A DNA stretch of 39,752 nucleotides from Methylocella sp. (GTDB lineage Bacteria > Pseudomonadota > Alphaproteobacteria > Rhizobiales > Beijerinckiaceae). Location: contig DATJTB010000114.1 of NCBI GenBank assembly GCA_035503795.1, forward strand, positions 1-39,752. The letters run 5' to 3'. The notes below the pieces were generated by a model. It made no database searches. It was not told where the DNA came from and saw only the letters and a program-made list of their open reading frames with translations. Of the stretch, positions 19,118 through 30,837 are shown piece by piece; within the stretch, counting starts at the first letter, position 1; the number at the start of each line of letters is the position of its first letter. A program made the translations under genes and the position numbers.

Positions 19118-20755
19118 GTGACCGGAACGGATAAGATGGACGCTTCCACTGGCTATGATCGGCTTCACAATCCGCGGTTAAACAGGGGGACGGCATTTAC
19201 CGAGGCGGAGCGTCGGGCATATGGTCTTGAGGGCCTTCTGCCACCAGTCGCCATTACGATAGAAATGCAGGTTGCACGCATCCATGCGCAGCTCGCGGCT
19301 CTCGAAAACGACCTTCAAAAATATCTCGCCCTATCTGACCTGCAGGCCCGCAATGAGACGTTGTTCTATGCCGTGCTGATGTCGGATCCGGCGGCCTTCA
19401 TGCCACTTGTTTATACGCCGACGGTGGGTGAGGCGTGCCAGAAGTTCGATCATATCTTCCATTCGGCGCGAGGCATGTATCTACCGATCAGCGCCCGCGG
19501 GCGCGTGCGGGAGATTCTCGGCAATTGGCCGCAAAAGGATGTGCGCTTCATCGTGGTCACCGACGGCGAGCGGATCCTCGGCCTCGGCGATCTCGGCGTT
19601 GGAGGAATGGGCATACCAATCGGCAAGCTCGCGCTTTATACGGCTTGTGCCGGGGTGCCTCCACAATATTGCCTGCCGGTCACGCTCGACGTTGGCACCA
19701 ACAATAATGGACTGCTCGAGGATCCGCTTTATCTCGGTCTGCGGCATCATCGGATCCGCGACGCGGAATATATGGGCTTTATCGACGAGTTCGTTGCCGC
19801 GGTGGAGGATCTTTATCCGAAATGCTGTATTCAATGGGAGGATTTTGCAAACATCAACGCCGTTCCTATCCTATCGCGCTATCGCGACAAGATTTGCACT
19901 TACAACGACGATATTCAGGGTACCGCGGCTGTGGCGCTGGCTGGAATCTTTGCCGCGCTGCGTATCACCGGCAAGAAAATCACCGATCAACGTTTTCTCT
20001 TTCTCGGTGGCGGTTCAGCCGGGACCGGCATCGCGGAACTGATCAGTCAGGCGATGGCGCTCGAAGGGATGGACATCGCAGAGGCGAGAGCACGGAACGC
20101 GCTTTTTGATATCAATGGACTCATTGTAACTTCCCGCACGGACCTTGCGGAATTTCAGAAGCCTTTCGCTCAGGATAGGGGTCCGGTCTCCACTTTCGTT
20201 GAAGCGGTCAAGGCTCTGAGGCCGACCGGAATCATCGGAGTCAGCACCGTTCCGAAACTGTTCAACCGAGGGGTGATTCAGGCGATGGCTGAGATCAATG
20301 AGCGTCCGATCATCTTTCCTTACTCCAATCCGACATCGCGCTCCGAGTGCACGGCGGAAGAGGCCTATCGCTGGTCGAACGGCAAGGCCATTTTTGCGAG
20401 TGGTAGCCCCTTCCCGCCGGTCGAGATCGCGGGTCAAAAATTTGTGCCGGGCCAAGGAAACAACGTCTATATATTTCCGGCGATGGGCATGGCCGTTTAT
20501 GCGACGGAAGCGAGCCGCGTGACAGAGCAAATGTTCATCGTTGCGGCAAAAGCTGTGGCGGAACAGGTCAGGGATGAGAATCTTTCAACGGGGCTGATCT
20601 ACCCGCCGCAAAGCCGGATTTTCGAGGCTTCCCTCCATGTGGCTGCGCGGGTCGCCGAATATATTTTCGATCAGGGACTGGCGCGCGTGCCGAAGCCGGA
20701 TGATCTTGCCGCGCTCATCCGCGCCCGTACCTACCATCCTGTCTATCCGGAGTGA
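19118..20755 (+). CDS. Malic enzyme (MaeA/SfcA, eukaryote-like large type)
   Basis: [54 protein letters not shown]. Start is GTG 19118 or ATG 19136. Confidence 0.93.
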   Translation: MTGTDKMDASTGYDRLHNPRLNRGTAFTEAERRAYGLEGLLPPVAITIEMQVARIHAQLAALENDLQKYLALSDLQARNETLFYAVLMSDPAAFMPLVYTPTVGEACQKFDHIFHSARGMYLPISARGRVREILGNWPQKDVRFIVVTDGERILGLGDLGVGGMGIPIGKLALYTACAGVPPQYCLPVTLDVGTNNNGLLEDPLYLGLRHHRIRDAEYMGFIDEFVAAVEDLYPKCCIQWEDFANINAVPILSRYRDKICTYNDDIQGTAAVALAGIFAALRITGKKITDQRFLFLGGGSAGTGIAELISQAMALEGMDIAEARARNALFDINGLIVTSRTDLAEFQKPFAQDRGPVSTFVEAVKALRPTGIIGVSTVPKLFNRGVIQAMAEINERPIIFPYSNPTSRSECTAEEAYRWSNGKAIFASGSPFPPVEIAGQKFVPGQGNNVYIFPAMGMAVYATEASRVTEQMFIVAAKAVAEQVRDENLSTGLIYPPQSRIFEASLHVAARVAEYIFDQGLARVPKPDDLAALIRARTYHPVYPE

Positions 20756-20852
20756 AGCGGTTGACCGACTTCAAAAGGGAGCAGAGACCGGCCCTGCGCG
20801 ACAATTCTCAGAACGGGGCGCGATCCAGAGTGCTTGGCAACGAGCCAGAGAC

Positions 20853-22307
20853 ATGAATGAGCCGACGCACCCTCTCATGCACGAGACCCCGATCGGCATC
20901 GATGCGACCGGGACGCGGCGCGAGACGGACTCGATGGGTGAAATCGAGGTGCCAGCCGATCGCTATTGGGGGGCGCAAACCCAGCGCAGTCTGGTGCATT
21001 TCGCGATCGGCGACGATCGTATGCCGAAGCCTGTTTATCACGCCTATGGCTATGTCAAAAAGGCCGCGGCGCTCGTCAACGCCGCCGCCGGGCGGCTGCC
21101 GCAATGGAAAGCGGATGCCATTGTGCGCGCCGCCGACGAGGCGATCGCTGGCAAACTGGACGAGCATTTTCCGCTCTATGTCTGGCAGACCGGGTCTGGC
21201 ACCCAGTCGAATATGAACGTCAACGAGGTGCTTTCGAACAGGGCGATCAAGCTGCTCGGGGGGAAGATGGGCAGCAAGTCTCCCGTGCATCCGAACGACG
21301 ACGTCAATATGGGCCAGTCGTCGAATGATACCTTCCCGACTGCGATGCACATTGCCGCGGTGCTCGAATTGGAGAAGCACTTGCTGCCGCGCGCGGAAGC
21401 GCTGGCGATCGCGATCGAGGCGAAGGCGAACGAATGGAACGAGGTGGTCAAGATCGGGCGGACGCACCTTCAGGATGCCGTGCCGCTGACAGTCGGGCAG
21501 GAGTGGTCGGGGTGGGCGCATCAAATCCGCGAGGCGCTCGCCCGTATCCGCGCCTCGGAGACGGGTCTGTTCGAGCTGGCGGCTGGAGGGACGGCGGTTG
21601 GCACCGGGCTCAATGCGCCGCCGCACTTCAGCCGTGAGATCGCGGAGAAAATTGCCGAGCTGACCGGTGCCCCTTTTTTGACCGCGCCCAACAAATTTGC
21701 CGCACTAGGCGCGCTCGACGCGATGGTAGCTGCGATGGCGGCGGTGCGTGGACTCGCGGTTGCGTTGATGAAGATCGCCAATGACATGCGCTGGCTCGCC
21801 TCCGGTCCGCGATGCGGGCTCGGCGAGCTGATCTTGCCTGAGAATGAGCCAGGCTCCTCGATCATGCCGGGCAAGGTCAACCCGACCCAGCAGGAGGCCA
21901 TGGTGATGGTCTGCATTCAGGTGATCGGCGAAGACAACGCGGTCGCATTTGCCGGAAGCCAGGGAAACTTCGAGCTCAACGCGATGCGTCCGATCATCAT
22001 CAACAACTTTCTCCACTCCGTCCGTATCCTCGGCGATGCTTGCGAGAAGCTGCGGCATTTCTCGGTCGAAGGCGCACGGCTCAACCGCCGGCATATCGAC
22101 GACATGCTCGGCCGTTCGCTGATGCTGGTGACCGCGCTCAGCCCAATCATCGGCTACGACAAGGCCTCTGAAATCGCGCACAAAGCCAATGACGAGGGTC
22201 TGACCCTGAAGGAGGCTGCGCTTCGCTCCGGCTACATAGACGAGAGACGATTCGACGAGATCGTCGACCCGAAAAAAATGGTTGGGCAAGGTATCGCGGG
22301 AAGCTGA
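20853..22307 (+). CDS. fumC: Class II fumarate hydratase
   Basis: [20 protein letters not shown] and signature [13 protein letters not shown]. Likely start is ATG 20853 (or 20877); the ORF-track start overlaps the malic enzyme gene. Confidence 0.96.
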   Translation: MNEPTHPLMHETPIGIDATGTRRETDSMGEIEVPADRYWGAQTQRSLVHFAIGDDRMPKPVYHAYGYVKKAAALVNAAAGRLPQWKADAIVRAADEAIAGKLDEHFPLYVWQTGSGTQSNMNVNEVLSNRAIKLLGGKMGSKSPVHPNDDVNMGQSSNDTFPTAMHIAAVLELEKHLLPRAEALAIAIEAKANEWNEVVKIGRTHLQDAVPLTVGQEWSGWAHQIREALARIRASETGLFELAAGGTAVGTGLNAPPHFSREIAEKIAELTGAPFLTAPNKFAALGALDAMVAAMAAVRGLAVALMKIANDMRWLASGPRCGLGELILPENEPGSSIMPGKVNPTQQEAMVMVCIQVIGEDNAVAFAGSQGNFELNAMRPIIINNFLHSVRILGDACEKLRHFSVEGARLNRRHIDDMLGRSLMLVTALSPIIGYDKASEIAHKANDEGLTLKEAALRSGYIDERRFDEIVDPKKMVGQGIAGS

Positions 22308-22445
22308 TGATTGCCTTTCGCGTGCTGGTGCCGATTGCCCGAATTCCCGTATGTCATCATCGATGCCGGGCAATATGACGGTGTGCCGGATGCCGATGAT
22401 GTAAAGCAGTGTGCAGCTGAGGCTTGTTTTTGCAGAAAGTAAAAA

Positions 22446-22745
22446 TCAGCCTTGCGGCGGGACTGTCCGGCGTAGGCCCCGCTAATGGATGATGCCGGTA
22501 ATCAGCACTCCGTCCGGCTGCTCGTTGTAGAAAATAACGTGATGCGCGTGTTCATGGCGCCGCGATCCGGGAGAAAACTCATCTGCCTTGCGGCCAATGC
22601 GCGGATTGGCGGCAAGAAGTTCAAAGCACTGAATCATGCCCTCGCGCTAGGCTTCCGCCTGTGTCAAACCGAATGTCTCAAACCCGTACAGGAACATCTT
22701 CAAAAGATCGTCATCGGCGTCTTTTGTGAGCCGATATTCACTCAT
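22446..22745 (-). pseudogene. ParE/RelE-family toxin interrupted by two in-frame TAG codons
   Basis: Manual translation: MSEYRLTKDADDDLLKMFLYGFETFGLTQAEA*REGMIQCFELLAANPRIGRKADEFSPGSRRHEHAHHVIFYNEQPDGVLITGIIH*RGLRRTVPPQG*. The start overlaps the antitoxin 3' end. Confidence 0.85.
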
Positions 22746-23004
22746 GCATCAGCCCACGCCCCTTGGCGATTTCTCGCGCTTCGGCGAAGATTTCATCAAC
22801 GGTGCGAGCGCTGACGCCACTGTCTTTGGAAGCGGCCAGCTTTTTCCGCAGTTCGTCCAAGGTCAGTTCCTGCTCACGGCGGTCGCGGTCACGGCGGACA
22901 AGATCGCGGACGTAATCGCTGATACTGGCGTAATCGCCCCGCCTGATCTGAGCCTCGATCCAGTCTTTCATGGGGTCGGGCAAGGAAACGGTCATTGTTG
23001 CCAT
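22738..23004 (-). CDS. ParD-family ribbon-helix-helix antitoxin (CC2985-like)
   Basis: MATMTVSLPDPMKDWIEAQIRRGDYASISDYVRDLVRRD, immediately upstream of the parE remnant. Confidence 0.9.
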   Translation of the reverse strand: MATMTVSLPDPMKDWIEAQIRRGDYASISDYVRDLVRRDRDRREQELTLDELRKKLAASKDSGVSARTVDEIFAEAREIAKGRGLMHE

Positions 23005-23291
23005 GTGCCTAGCCTCCTATTCCCTTCAGGCTATCAAAAATGGGAAAAAATAACATATATCCAGAAAAAATTTTTCGTTTTTAAAGCCCGACAGCGCGGT
23101 AGGGTGGCGCGTGGACGCTCGGAAGCATGCAGGTGGGCCAATTTTGGCCATCCAGAGTGCCGTCCGTTTAGCGCAGGATGCGGTCATTCCAAGTCAACGT
23201 GGTCCCGGTTGGCTCGACACCACGGCGAATTTGACGTAGTCGTGTCCCAGGGGCCGGGTCAGAACGGGCGGGCGCAAAATCTGCGCAACTT

Positions 23292-25466
23292 TCAGACCGC
23301 GTCCTGCGCCGCCGCCTTCACCGCACGCCGGTGCGCGTGCAGGATGAACTCTGTATAGCCGTTCGGCTGAGCACGGCCCTTGAATATGAGATCCGCCGCC
23401 GCCTGGAAGGCATGACCATTGAATGAAGGCGCCATCGGCTTGTAGAGCGGATCCCCTTTATTCTGCCGGTCGACGACGGCGGCCATTTTCCTCAGCGCTT
23501 CCATCACCTGTTCCGGTGTCGCAATACCTTGCAGCAGCCAATTGGCGATGTGCTGGCTTGAGATGCGCAGAGTGGCACGGTCTTCCATGAGGCCGATGTC
23601 GTGAATATCCGGCACTTTGGAGCAGCCGATGCCTTGGTCGACCCAGCGCACCACATAGCCCAGAATGCCCTGGCAATTATTGTCGAGCTCGGCCTCGATA
23701 TCTGATGGGGCCCAATTCGCCCGGCAGACCGGAATGGCGAGGAGATCGGAGAGCGGTGGCGGACGACGGCGGGCGAGCACCTTCCAGCGGCTCGCGACAT
23801 CGACCTTGTGATAATGCACGGCGTGCAAGGTGGCCGCGGTGGGCGAGGGCACCCAGGCGGTATTGGCGCCGGCGAGCGGATGGACGATCTTCTGTGCCAG
23901 CATATCGGCCATCCGGTCGGGTGCGGCCCACATGCCCTTGCCGATTTGCGCCCGGCCGGGCAAGCCGCAGGCAATGCCGATATCGACATTGGCATTCTCA
24001 TAAGCGGCGATCCATTCGGTATTTTTCATGTCATTCTTGCGCACCATGGCGCCGGCTTCCGTGGAGGTGTGAATCTCATCGCCCGTCCGGTCGAGGAAGC
24101 CGGTATTGATGAAGAACACGCGATCGGCGGCCGCTGCGATGCAGGCTTTGAGATTGACCGAGGTGCGCCGCTCCTCATCCATGATCCCCATCTTGAGCGT
24201 GAAGCGGGGAAGCCCCAGCATATCCTCGACCCCGGCAAAGAGATCATTGGCGAGGGTCACCTCGAAGGGCCCGTGCATTTTCGGCTTGACGATATAGATC
24301 GAGCCGTGCCGGCTGTTTCCCGGCCCGCTGACCCGCTTGAGATCGTGCAGGGCGATCAAACTCGTCACGGCTGCGTCGAGAATGGTTTCCGGGATCGGCG
24401 CGCCATTTTCACCGAGCACCGCATCGGTTTCCATGTGGTGGCCGACATTGCGGACGAGGAGCAGGCTTCGTCCATGCAAGATCAGGGGCTCTCCATCCCG
24501 CCCGATGTAATGGCGATCCTCCGAAAGCCGCCGCTCGATCAGCAAGCCGTTCTTTTCGAGCGTCGCGCTGAGATCCCCCTTCATAAGCCCGAGCCAGTTG
24601 TGGTAGACGCCAACCTTGTCTTCGGCATCGACACAGGCGACGCTGTCCTCGAGATCGATGATCGTGCTCAAGGCGGATTCGAGGATGACGTCGGCGACCC
24701 CGGCCTTGCTCTCCGCGCCAACAAGGCTGTTGTGATCGATTTCGATCTCGATATGAAGGCCATGATGGCGCAGAAGAAGAGTCAGGGAATCGAGCGATTT
24801 TCTCCGGTATCCGGCGAAGCGTCCGGGATGGCGCAGCCTCGTATCGAGCCCATTTTCGAGGAGAGCGACGAGCTCGCCGCCCACGACCTTATATTCGACA
24901 ACCGCCTTGTGGTTGCCCTTGGCGAGCGGCACGATGTCGTCAAGAAGAAGGCGAACCCATTCGATGACCTTGGCCCCCCGTACCTTGTTGTAGCCCTTTG
25001 TGCGCGTCGCGCCATCCGTCTCGGGGATGGCGTCCGTGCCATAGAGCGCGTCGTAAAGACTGCCCCAGCGGGCGTTGGCCGCATTGAGGGCATAGCGGGC
25101 GTTCGAGGCCGGGACGACAAGCTGCGGCCCTGCGACCCGCGCGACTTCGAGCACATTTTCGGTGCGGACGGTGAAATCGGCAGGTGCCGGGACGATGTAG
25201 CCGATCTCCGCCAAGAATTTCGCATAGTCGGCCGGATTGAACGGCATCGTCGCGGTGCGGCGGTGATAATCATCGATCTTCGCCTGCAACTCGTCTCGGA
25301 ACAGCAATTGGGCGCGGATGCGCGGCGCGAATTGGCCAATCAATCCGGCAAGACCCGTCCAGAACGAAGCCGCCTCGATCCCGGTACCGGGCAAGGCCTC
25401 GTCCTGGATGAAGTCCGCCAAGGCTTTCTCGACCTTGAGACTGCCGATGTGCTCATAAGCCGTCAT
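23292..25466 (-). CDS. glcB: Malate synthase G
   Basis: 724 aa. [54 protein letters not shown]. Confidence 0.97.
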   Translation of the reverse strand: MTAYEHIGSLKVEKALADFIQDEALPGTGIEAASFWTGLAGLIGQFAPRIRAQLLFRDELQAKIDDYHRRTATMPFNPADYAKFLAEIGYIVPAPADFTVRTENVLEVARVAGPQLVVPASNARYALNAANARWGSLYDALYGTDAIPETDGATRTKGYNKVRGAKVIEWVRLLLDDIVPLAKGNHKAVVEYKVVGGELVALLENGLDTRLRHPGRFAGYRRKSLDSLTLLLRHHGLHIEIEIDHNSLVGAESKAGVADVILESALSTIIDLEDSVACVDAEDKVGVYHNWLGLMKGDLSATLEKNGLLIERRLSEDRHYIGRDGEPLILHGRSLLLVRNVGHHMETDAVLGENGAPIPETILDAAVTSLIALHDLKRVSGPGNSRHGSIYIVKPKMHGPFEVTLANDLFAGVEDMLGLPRFTLKMGIMDEERRTSVNLKACIAAAADRVFFINTGFLDRTGDEIHTSTEAGAMVRKNDMKNTEWIAAYENANVDIGIACGLPGRAQIGKGMWAAPDRMADMLAQKIVHPLAGANTAWVPSPTAATLHAVHYHKVDVASRWKVLARRRPPPLSDLLAIPVCRANWAPSDIEAELDNNCQGILGYVVRWVDQGIGCSKVPDIHDIGLMEDRATLRISSQHIANWLLQGIATPEQVMEALRKMAAVVDRQNKGDPLYKPMAPSFNGHAFQAAADLIFKGRAQPNGYTEFILHAHRRAVKAAAQDAV

Positions 25467-25590
25467 GGTTCCTCACTGTGGGTAAGGGCCGTATACGTAT
25501 TCTTGTTTTGTTGGGGAGATTAAATCCTAATGCCCAGAAATGACTCTTCCAGCTCAAAGGTAACAAATTCCAGCAGACTGGGGCTCGCAA

Positions 25591-26928
25591 TCACGCAGCC
25601 TGTCCCAGCGCGGAAGATTCCCATCCTTTGCGTTGCGGGTCCTTAATCAGCATAGCAATGAAAAAGCCATCCGTGCCGCTTTTCAGCGGGGATAGACGCA
25701 AGCCGAAGCCGTGCCGCGAGGCAAAGCCAGCAAGGTCCGGGAGCCCAGCTTTCTCGGCCATCTCCCGGGCGGAGAGACTCGCATACTCCCTATGGGCAGC
25801 GAGAAATTCCGCGATACGGTCTTCATTTTCCTCCTTGAGAACAGAACAGGTCACATAGAGGAGCCGGCCGCCCGGCTTTAGGAAACGGTGCGCCGCTTCG
25901 ATCGTTTCGATTTGCTCCGCGACGCGGAGCTTGAGGCTACCTGGCCGCATCCGCCATTTCGCATCCGGATTGCGCCGCCACACGCCGCTCCCGGTGCAGG
26001 GCACATCCACGAAAACGAGATCGCAGCGTCCTTCGAGCGCATCGAGTCCCGGCCTCCGTCCGTGCGGAGGGTGGAGCTGCACATTGCGGACGCCGGCCCG
26101 ATCGAGCCTCGGATGGCTGCGCATGAGTCTCGCCCCATCGCGGTCGGCCGCATGGATCTGACCCTTGTTCTGCATCAAGGCGGCCAATGCCAAGCTCTTG
26201 CCACCGGCACCCGCGCAAAGATCGAGCACCTGCTCGCCCGGCTTCGCGAGCGAAAGGAGCGCGGCGAGCTGCGAGGCTTGATCCTGGACCTCGATGAGCC
26301 CTTTAATATAGGCGGGTTCGGCGGCAAGCGGCGGCGGTCGTCCGTCGAACGCGAGGGGCAAACGGAGGCCGACCGGAGAATAGGGGGTTAGCTCAGCGCC
26401 GAGATGGGCGAGGCGCGCTTGAACTTTTGCGCGCGTGGTCTTGAGCGTGTTGACCCGCAAATCGACCGGCGCTCGGGTCGCGAGCGCTTGCGTTTCAGCC
26501 AGGGTCTCCGCTCCGAAAGCCGAATTCAGGAAGGGTTCCAGCCACTGTGGAAAATCGCCGGCAATCCAGGGAGGTGCCCCTTCGAGGCTCGCCTTGGCGA
26601 GCCGCGCCCACTCTTCCTCGGTGAGGGGCCGCGGTGCATGCGCGACATCTGTGCAAAGCGCCGCGACCGTCTCCGCCTCAAGCCCGCGGACCCAATGTAG
26701 AACACCGAGGATGACTGCCCGCGGCGTTTCCTCCCCCATGAGGTAGGCGCTCGAAGCCCGCTTTCGTTGCGCATCATAGATCAACGAAGCGATCGCTGTA
26801 CGGTCCTTGGCGCCAGCGAAACGATGCGAAAGGCCCCAAGCCTTCAAGGCATCGGCCGCCGGCCGCTTCAATGTTTCGATCTCGCCCAGAACTTCGATTG
26901 CGGCCGAGATGCGCGCCGGAGGTGTCAT
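25591..26928 (-). CDS. RsmB/NOP family RNA m5C methyltransferase
   Basis: VQDQASQ, DLCAGAGGK, DVPCTGSG, YVTCS, TDGFF. Confidence 0.93.
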   Translation of the reverse strand: MTPPARISAAIEVLGEIETLKRPAADALKAWGLSHRFAGAKDRTAIASLIYDAQRKRASSAYLMGEETPRAVILGVLHWVRGLEAETVAALCTDVAHAPRPLTEEEWARLAKASLEGAPPWIAGDFPQWLEPFLNSAFGAETLAETQALATRAPVDLRVNTLKTTRAKVQARLAHLGAELTPYSPVGLRLPLAFDGRPPPLAAEPAYIKGLIEVQDQASQLAALLSLAKPGEQVLDLCAGAGGKSLALAALMQNKGQIHAADRDGARLMRSHPRLDRAGVRNVQLHPPHGRRPGLDALEGRCDLVFVDVPCTGSGVWRRNPDAKWRMRPGSLKLRVAEQIETIEAAHRFLKPGGRLLYVTCSVLKEENEDRIAEFLAAHREYASLSAREMAEKAGLPDLAGFASRHGFGLRLSPLKSGTDGFFIAMLIKDPQRKGWESSALGQAA

Positions 26929-26955
26929 GTGGGATCGATCCTCATTACGCGGCGC

Positions 26956-27378
26956 TCAAGGGCCTGAAAGAATTTGGAAGGTAAAAACACCCCACATGCC
27001 GAGCAGAATAAGCACGCCGGCGATAAAGAACTGGCCACGTAACGGCACATAATTGGAAGTCGTGAAGACATAGGCATGCGCGAGCCGAGTTGCAACGAAA
27101 AGCCATTCAAGCACGATGAAGGTAAGACCGGCTTTTTGGGTCGAGACCGAAAGCGCGACAAGGACATAGAACAAGACCGGGATTTCAAACTGATTTTGGA
27201 AGCAATTGCTGATTTGCTGCGCGCGATCCGGCCAGCGATTCTGCTTCAATGAGATGTCCTGCCACTTGAGTATACGGCTCTTGAAAAGATGGGTCCGTTC
27301 AAAGGCCAGCCAGAGAATGAGCGCAAAACTCAGACCGACCTGAAAAAAAAGCGGCAGAAGAACAGCTTTAAGGCTCAT
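26956..27378 (-). CDS. MAPEG family membrane protein
   Basis: Hydrophobic 140 aa with NQFEIPVLFY and RLAHAY. Lies between guaB and the RsmB-like gene. Confidence 0.8.
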   Translation of the reverse strand: MSLKAVLLPLFFQVGLSFALILWLAFERTHLFKSRILKWQDISLKQNRWPDRAQQISNCFQNQFEIPVLFYVLVALSVSTQKAGLTFIVLEWLFVATRLAHAYVFTTSNYVPLRGQFFIAGVLILLGMWGVFTFQILSGP

Positions 27379-27439
27379 ACTTTAGACTCTACGTTGGCCG
27401 TCGGACAAGGCGGTAACTAAGCGGCGCCTTGATGCTGGC

Positions 27440-28927
27440 TCACTCGCTGGTCGGATAATTCGGGCTTTCCCGAGTGATCGCCACGTCGTGCACATGGCTT
27501 TCGCGCAGGCCCGCCAAAGAAATGCGGATGAATTCCGCGCGGGACTGGAATTCCGCTATATCCCGCGCGCCGACATAGCCCATGGCGGCCCGTAAGCCGC
27601 CGGCCAATTGGTGCAGAATGACAGAGGCCGGGCCTCGATAGGGCACCTGTCCCTCGACCCCTTCCGGGACAAGCTTCAATTGATCGCTGACGTCCTGCTG
27701 GAAATAGCGGTCCGCCGAACCGCGGGCCATCGCGCCGACCGATCCCATGCCGCGATAGGACTTGAACGAGCGACCCTGATAGAGATAGACCTCGCCGGGG
27801 CTCTCATCGGTTCCAGCGAGCAGCGAACCGATCATCACGCTATCGGCGCCGGCTGCGATCGCCTTGGCGACATCTCCCGAATATTTGATGCCGCCATCCG
27901 CGATGACCGGAATATTGGCGTCCTGCGCCGCCTTGGCGCAATTCAGGATGGCGGATAGCTGCGGCACGCCGACACCGGCGACGATCCGCGTCGTGCAAAT
28001 GGAACCGGGGCCGATTCCGACCTTGATCGCATCGGCGCCGGCGTCGATCAGCGCCTTGGCCCCATCACTCGTCGCGACATTGCCGGCGATGACCCCGGCC
28101 TTATTGGAGGCTCGCTTGACCCGCGAGACCTGATCGAGCACGGCCTGCGAATGGCCATGCGCCGTGTCGATCACGATGCAATCGGCGCCGGCATCGATCA
28201 GCATGAGCGCTCGCTCATAACCCGCGTCGCCTACACTCGAAGCGGCGGCCACCCTGAGGCGGCCCTCGGCATCCTTGCAGGCGTCCGGATGCAGGCTCGC
28301 CTTCTCGATGTCCTTGACGGTGACAAGTCCGACGCAACGGAAATCCTCGTCGACGACGATCAATTTTTCGAGCCGATGCTGATGCAACAGGCGGCGCGCC
28401 TCATTCTCGCTGACGCCTTCCCGCACAGTGATCAGGTTTTTGGTCATCATCTCGCTCACCGGCTGTGCGGGATCATCGGCGAAGCGGACATCGCGATTGG
28501 TCAATATGCCGCAAAGCCTTGCCTTCCTGTCGCCGGGGCCGCGCTCAACCACCGGAATGCCGGAGATTCCGTGCCGGCGCATGAGGGCCAGTGCGTCGGC
28601 GAGCGTGGCATCGGGGAAAATAGTGATCGGATCGACCACCATGCCGCTTTCATAGCGCTTGACCTTGCGGACTTCCTCGGCCTGGTCAGCTGGGCTGAAA
28701 TTGCGATGGATCACGCCGATACCGCCCGCCTCGGCAATCGCGATCGCAAGCCTCGCCTCGGTCACCGTATCCATCGCAGAAGAAAGTATCGGTATGTTCA
28801 AGCTGATCGTCGAGGTGAGCCTGGTCTTGAGTTCGGCCGTGCGCGGCAAGACGGCCGAATGGCCCGGCAGCAACAGGACGTCGTCAAAGGTCAGCGCTTC
28901 TTGCAGGGGTTGGTGGATCCGGGCCAA
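27440..28927 (-). CDS. guaB: IMP dehydrogenase
   Basis: [19 protein letters not shown] pair, catalytic [20 protein letters not shown] start. Confidence 0.97.
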   Translation of the reverse strand: MARIHQPLQEALTFDDVLLLPGHSAVLPRTAELKTRLTSTISLNIPILSSAMDTVTEARLAIAIAEAGGIGVIHRNFSPADQAEEVRKVKRYESGMVVDPITIFPDATLADALALMRRHGISGIPVVERGPGDRKARLCGILTNRDVRFADDPAQPVSEMMTKNLITVREGVSENEARRLLHQHRLEKLIVVDEDFRCVGLVTVKDIEKASLHPDACKDAEGRLRVAAASSVGDAGYERALMLIDAGADCIVIDTAHGHSQAVLDQVSRVKRASNKAGVIAGNVATSDGAKALIDAGADAIKVGIGPGSICTTRIVAGVGVPQLSAILNCAKAAQDANIPVIADGGIKYSGDVAKAIAAGADSVMIGSLLAGTDESPGEVYLYQGRSFKSYRGMGSVGAMARGSADRYFQQDVSDQLKLVPEGVEGQVPYRGPASVILHQLAGGLRAAMGYVGARDIAEFQSRAEFIRISLAGLRESHVHDVAITRESPNYPTSE

Positions 28928-29370
28928 AGAGAACTCCGTGACATAAGCGTCGGCGCGAACGCAAAAGATTCATCATTGGCGCCCCGGCAGTGGCGGCACC
29001 CTATTTTTGCGCATCTTTTCCGGAGTGCGTCGGTGCCAACGGCCTTTGCATTTCGAAATCCATGAGAGTTTCGGGAATATGAAAGCCTGCGTGTCAACTC
29101 GGCCTGCGCCAAGCCGAGCGTTGCCGGGCCGCTCATAGCACGCTCCAAGTCCTGCGCAAATACGGCCTTGTGCTTGGCTTCAAGACCCCCACCTGCCGCA
29201 TGGACATGGTGCGTGTCGGCCGACCTTGCCAGTCCTTCATGAACCCGTCCTGGCGAAGTATTCAATTACGCTGCAAGCCTTCACATATTGGTTAGACTGG
29301 GATTTTTCCGTCTCGGTTGAATCGGGCATGATTTTCTCTAAGACCTTCTGCGTGGCTGCTGGTTGTAACT

Positions 29371-30837
29371 GTGCCTTGGGAGAAGGGTTTGCCAACCTAT
29401 TTGATTTCTGCGCTCACGGTCGCTTTCGCCCTGTTCATGGAAAATCTCGATTCGACGATCATTGCGACCTCTTTGCCTGCCATGGCGGCTGATCTTCAAG
29501 AAGACCCGATATCCCTCAAGCTGGCGCTCACTTCCTATCTTGTTTCCCTAGCCATTTTCATTCCGGCGAGCGGCTGGGTGGCCGACCGTTTCGGTGCCCG
29601 CACCATTTTCCGCATTGCCATCTTGATCTTCACGCTTGGCTCGATTCTCTGCGGCATGTCGTCGAGCCTGCCTATGCTGGTCGGGGCGCGCATCGTGCAG
29701 GGTCTTGGTGGTGCCCTGATGGTTCCGGTTGGACGGCTTGTTCTCTTGCGCTCGATCGACCGGTCCGATCTCGTGAATGCCTTGGCCTTTCTGACCATCC
29801 CAGCCCTGCTTGGGCCGATCATGGGGCCGCCGCTCGGCGGCTTCATTACCACCTATTTTCACTGGCGATGGATCTTCTGGATCAATGCGCCGATCGGCGT
29901 TGCCGGCATTTTGATCGCGACCCTCTATTTGGACGAGGTCCAAAGCCAAGTGGTCGGGCCACTCGACGTCACGGGCTTTCTCCTCTGCGGATTTGGACTT
30001 GCCTTTCTCCTCTTCGGATTTGGCGAGGCAGGGCGCGGGCTCCTGCCCTGGCAAGCCGTGGTGCTCCTCGGCGGCCTCGGGATGCTGGCGCTTGCCCTCT
30101 ATATCCCGCATGCCCGGCGTGCGACGGCCCCCTTGATCGATCTGCGGCTCCTGTCGATCCAGACGTTTCGCGCGAGCGTGCTTGGCGGCTCGCTTTTCCG
30201 GATCGGCATCGGCTCGATTCCCTTCTTGCTGCCGCTCATGCTGCAGACGGGCTTTGGTCTGTCGGCGTTTCAATCGGGCTCGATCACCTTTATCGCTTCG
30301 GTCGGATCCATGGCCATGAAGGCCACGGCAGCCCCTCTTCTGAGACTCCTTGGCTTTCGTTTTGTGCTTGTCTTCGACGCGATCTTGAGCGCCGGGTTTC
30401 TTGGCAGCTACGGCTTTTTCACGCCAGCGACGCCAGTCCTCCTCATGATGGGGGTTCTGTTGGCCAGCGGCTTCGTGCGTTCCCTTGAATTTACGAGCCT
30501 TAATGCGATCGCCTTTGCCGAGATCGCCCCGGTGCAAATGAGCCGGGCCGTGAGCTTTTCCTCGGCGGCTCAGCAATTATCCTTGAGCCTCGGCGTGTCA
30601 GCCGGGGCTGGTGTGCTCCAGGGATTTGCCTATTTTCATCCAGGCGAAGACGTTCTCACCCTGACGAATTTCAAATGGACCTTCATCGCGATGGCTGCCA
30701 TTTCGATGAGTGCCGCCATGACTTTCCTGCGCCTGCCGAGGGGCGCCGGCGCGCAGCTCATCGAACAGCCAAAGCCGCACACGAGCCAAAAGCCCGCTCA
30801 AAAGGCGGAGACGACAGAGTATTTGGGCCAGCTTTAG
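29371..30837 (+). CDS. MFS transporter, DHA2-like (14 TM)
   Basis: MENLDSTIIATSLP, GWVADRFG, GPIMGPPLGG, WIFWINAPIG. The start may be TTG 29389. Confidence 0.92.
   Translation: MPWEKGLPTYLISALTVAFALFMENLDSTIIATSLPAMAADLQEDPISLKLALTSYLVSLAIFIPASGWVADRFGARTIFRIAILIFTLGSILCGMSSSLPMLVGARIVQGLGGALMVPVGRLVLLRSIDRSDLVNALAFLTIPALLGPIMGPPLGGFITTYFHWRWIFWINAPIGVAGILIATLYLDEVQSQVVGPLDVTGFLLCGFGLAFLLFGFGEAGRGLLPWQAVVLLGGLGMLALALYIPHARRATAPLIDLRLLSIQTFRASVLGGSLFRIGIGSIPFLLPLMLQTGFGLSAFQSGSITFIASVGSMAMKATAAPLLRLLGFRFVLVFDAILSAGFLGSYGFFTPATPVLLMMGVLLASGFVRSLEFTSLNAIAFAEIAPVQMSRAVSFSSAAQQLSLSLGVSAGAGVLQGFAYFHPGEDVLTLTNFKWTFIAMAAISMSAAMTFLRLPRGAGAQLIEQPKPHTSQKPAQKAETTEYLGQL

Noticed and set aside
18928-19134. 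68-aa ORF between the pyruvate oxidase and malic enzyme genes
   Set aside because: It overlaps the upstream stop (TGATG) but has no recognisable motif or convincing composition.
22344-22402. Imperfect inverted repeat CATCATCG...CGATGATG after fumC
   Set aside because: The arms are short with a long loop and no U-tract, which is insufficient to call a terminator.
22485-23358. Plus-strand ORFs of 109 and 210 aa
   Set aside because: They are antisense to parD and the parE pseudogene and run through an AT-rich promoter region.
23808-25523. Long antisense ORFs (571 aa here; also 14835-16220, 17318-18754, 34848-36032)
   Set aside because: These are shadow frames opposite well-supported high-GC genes and have no recognisable motifs.
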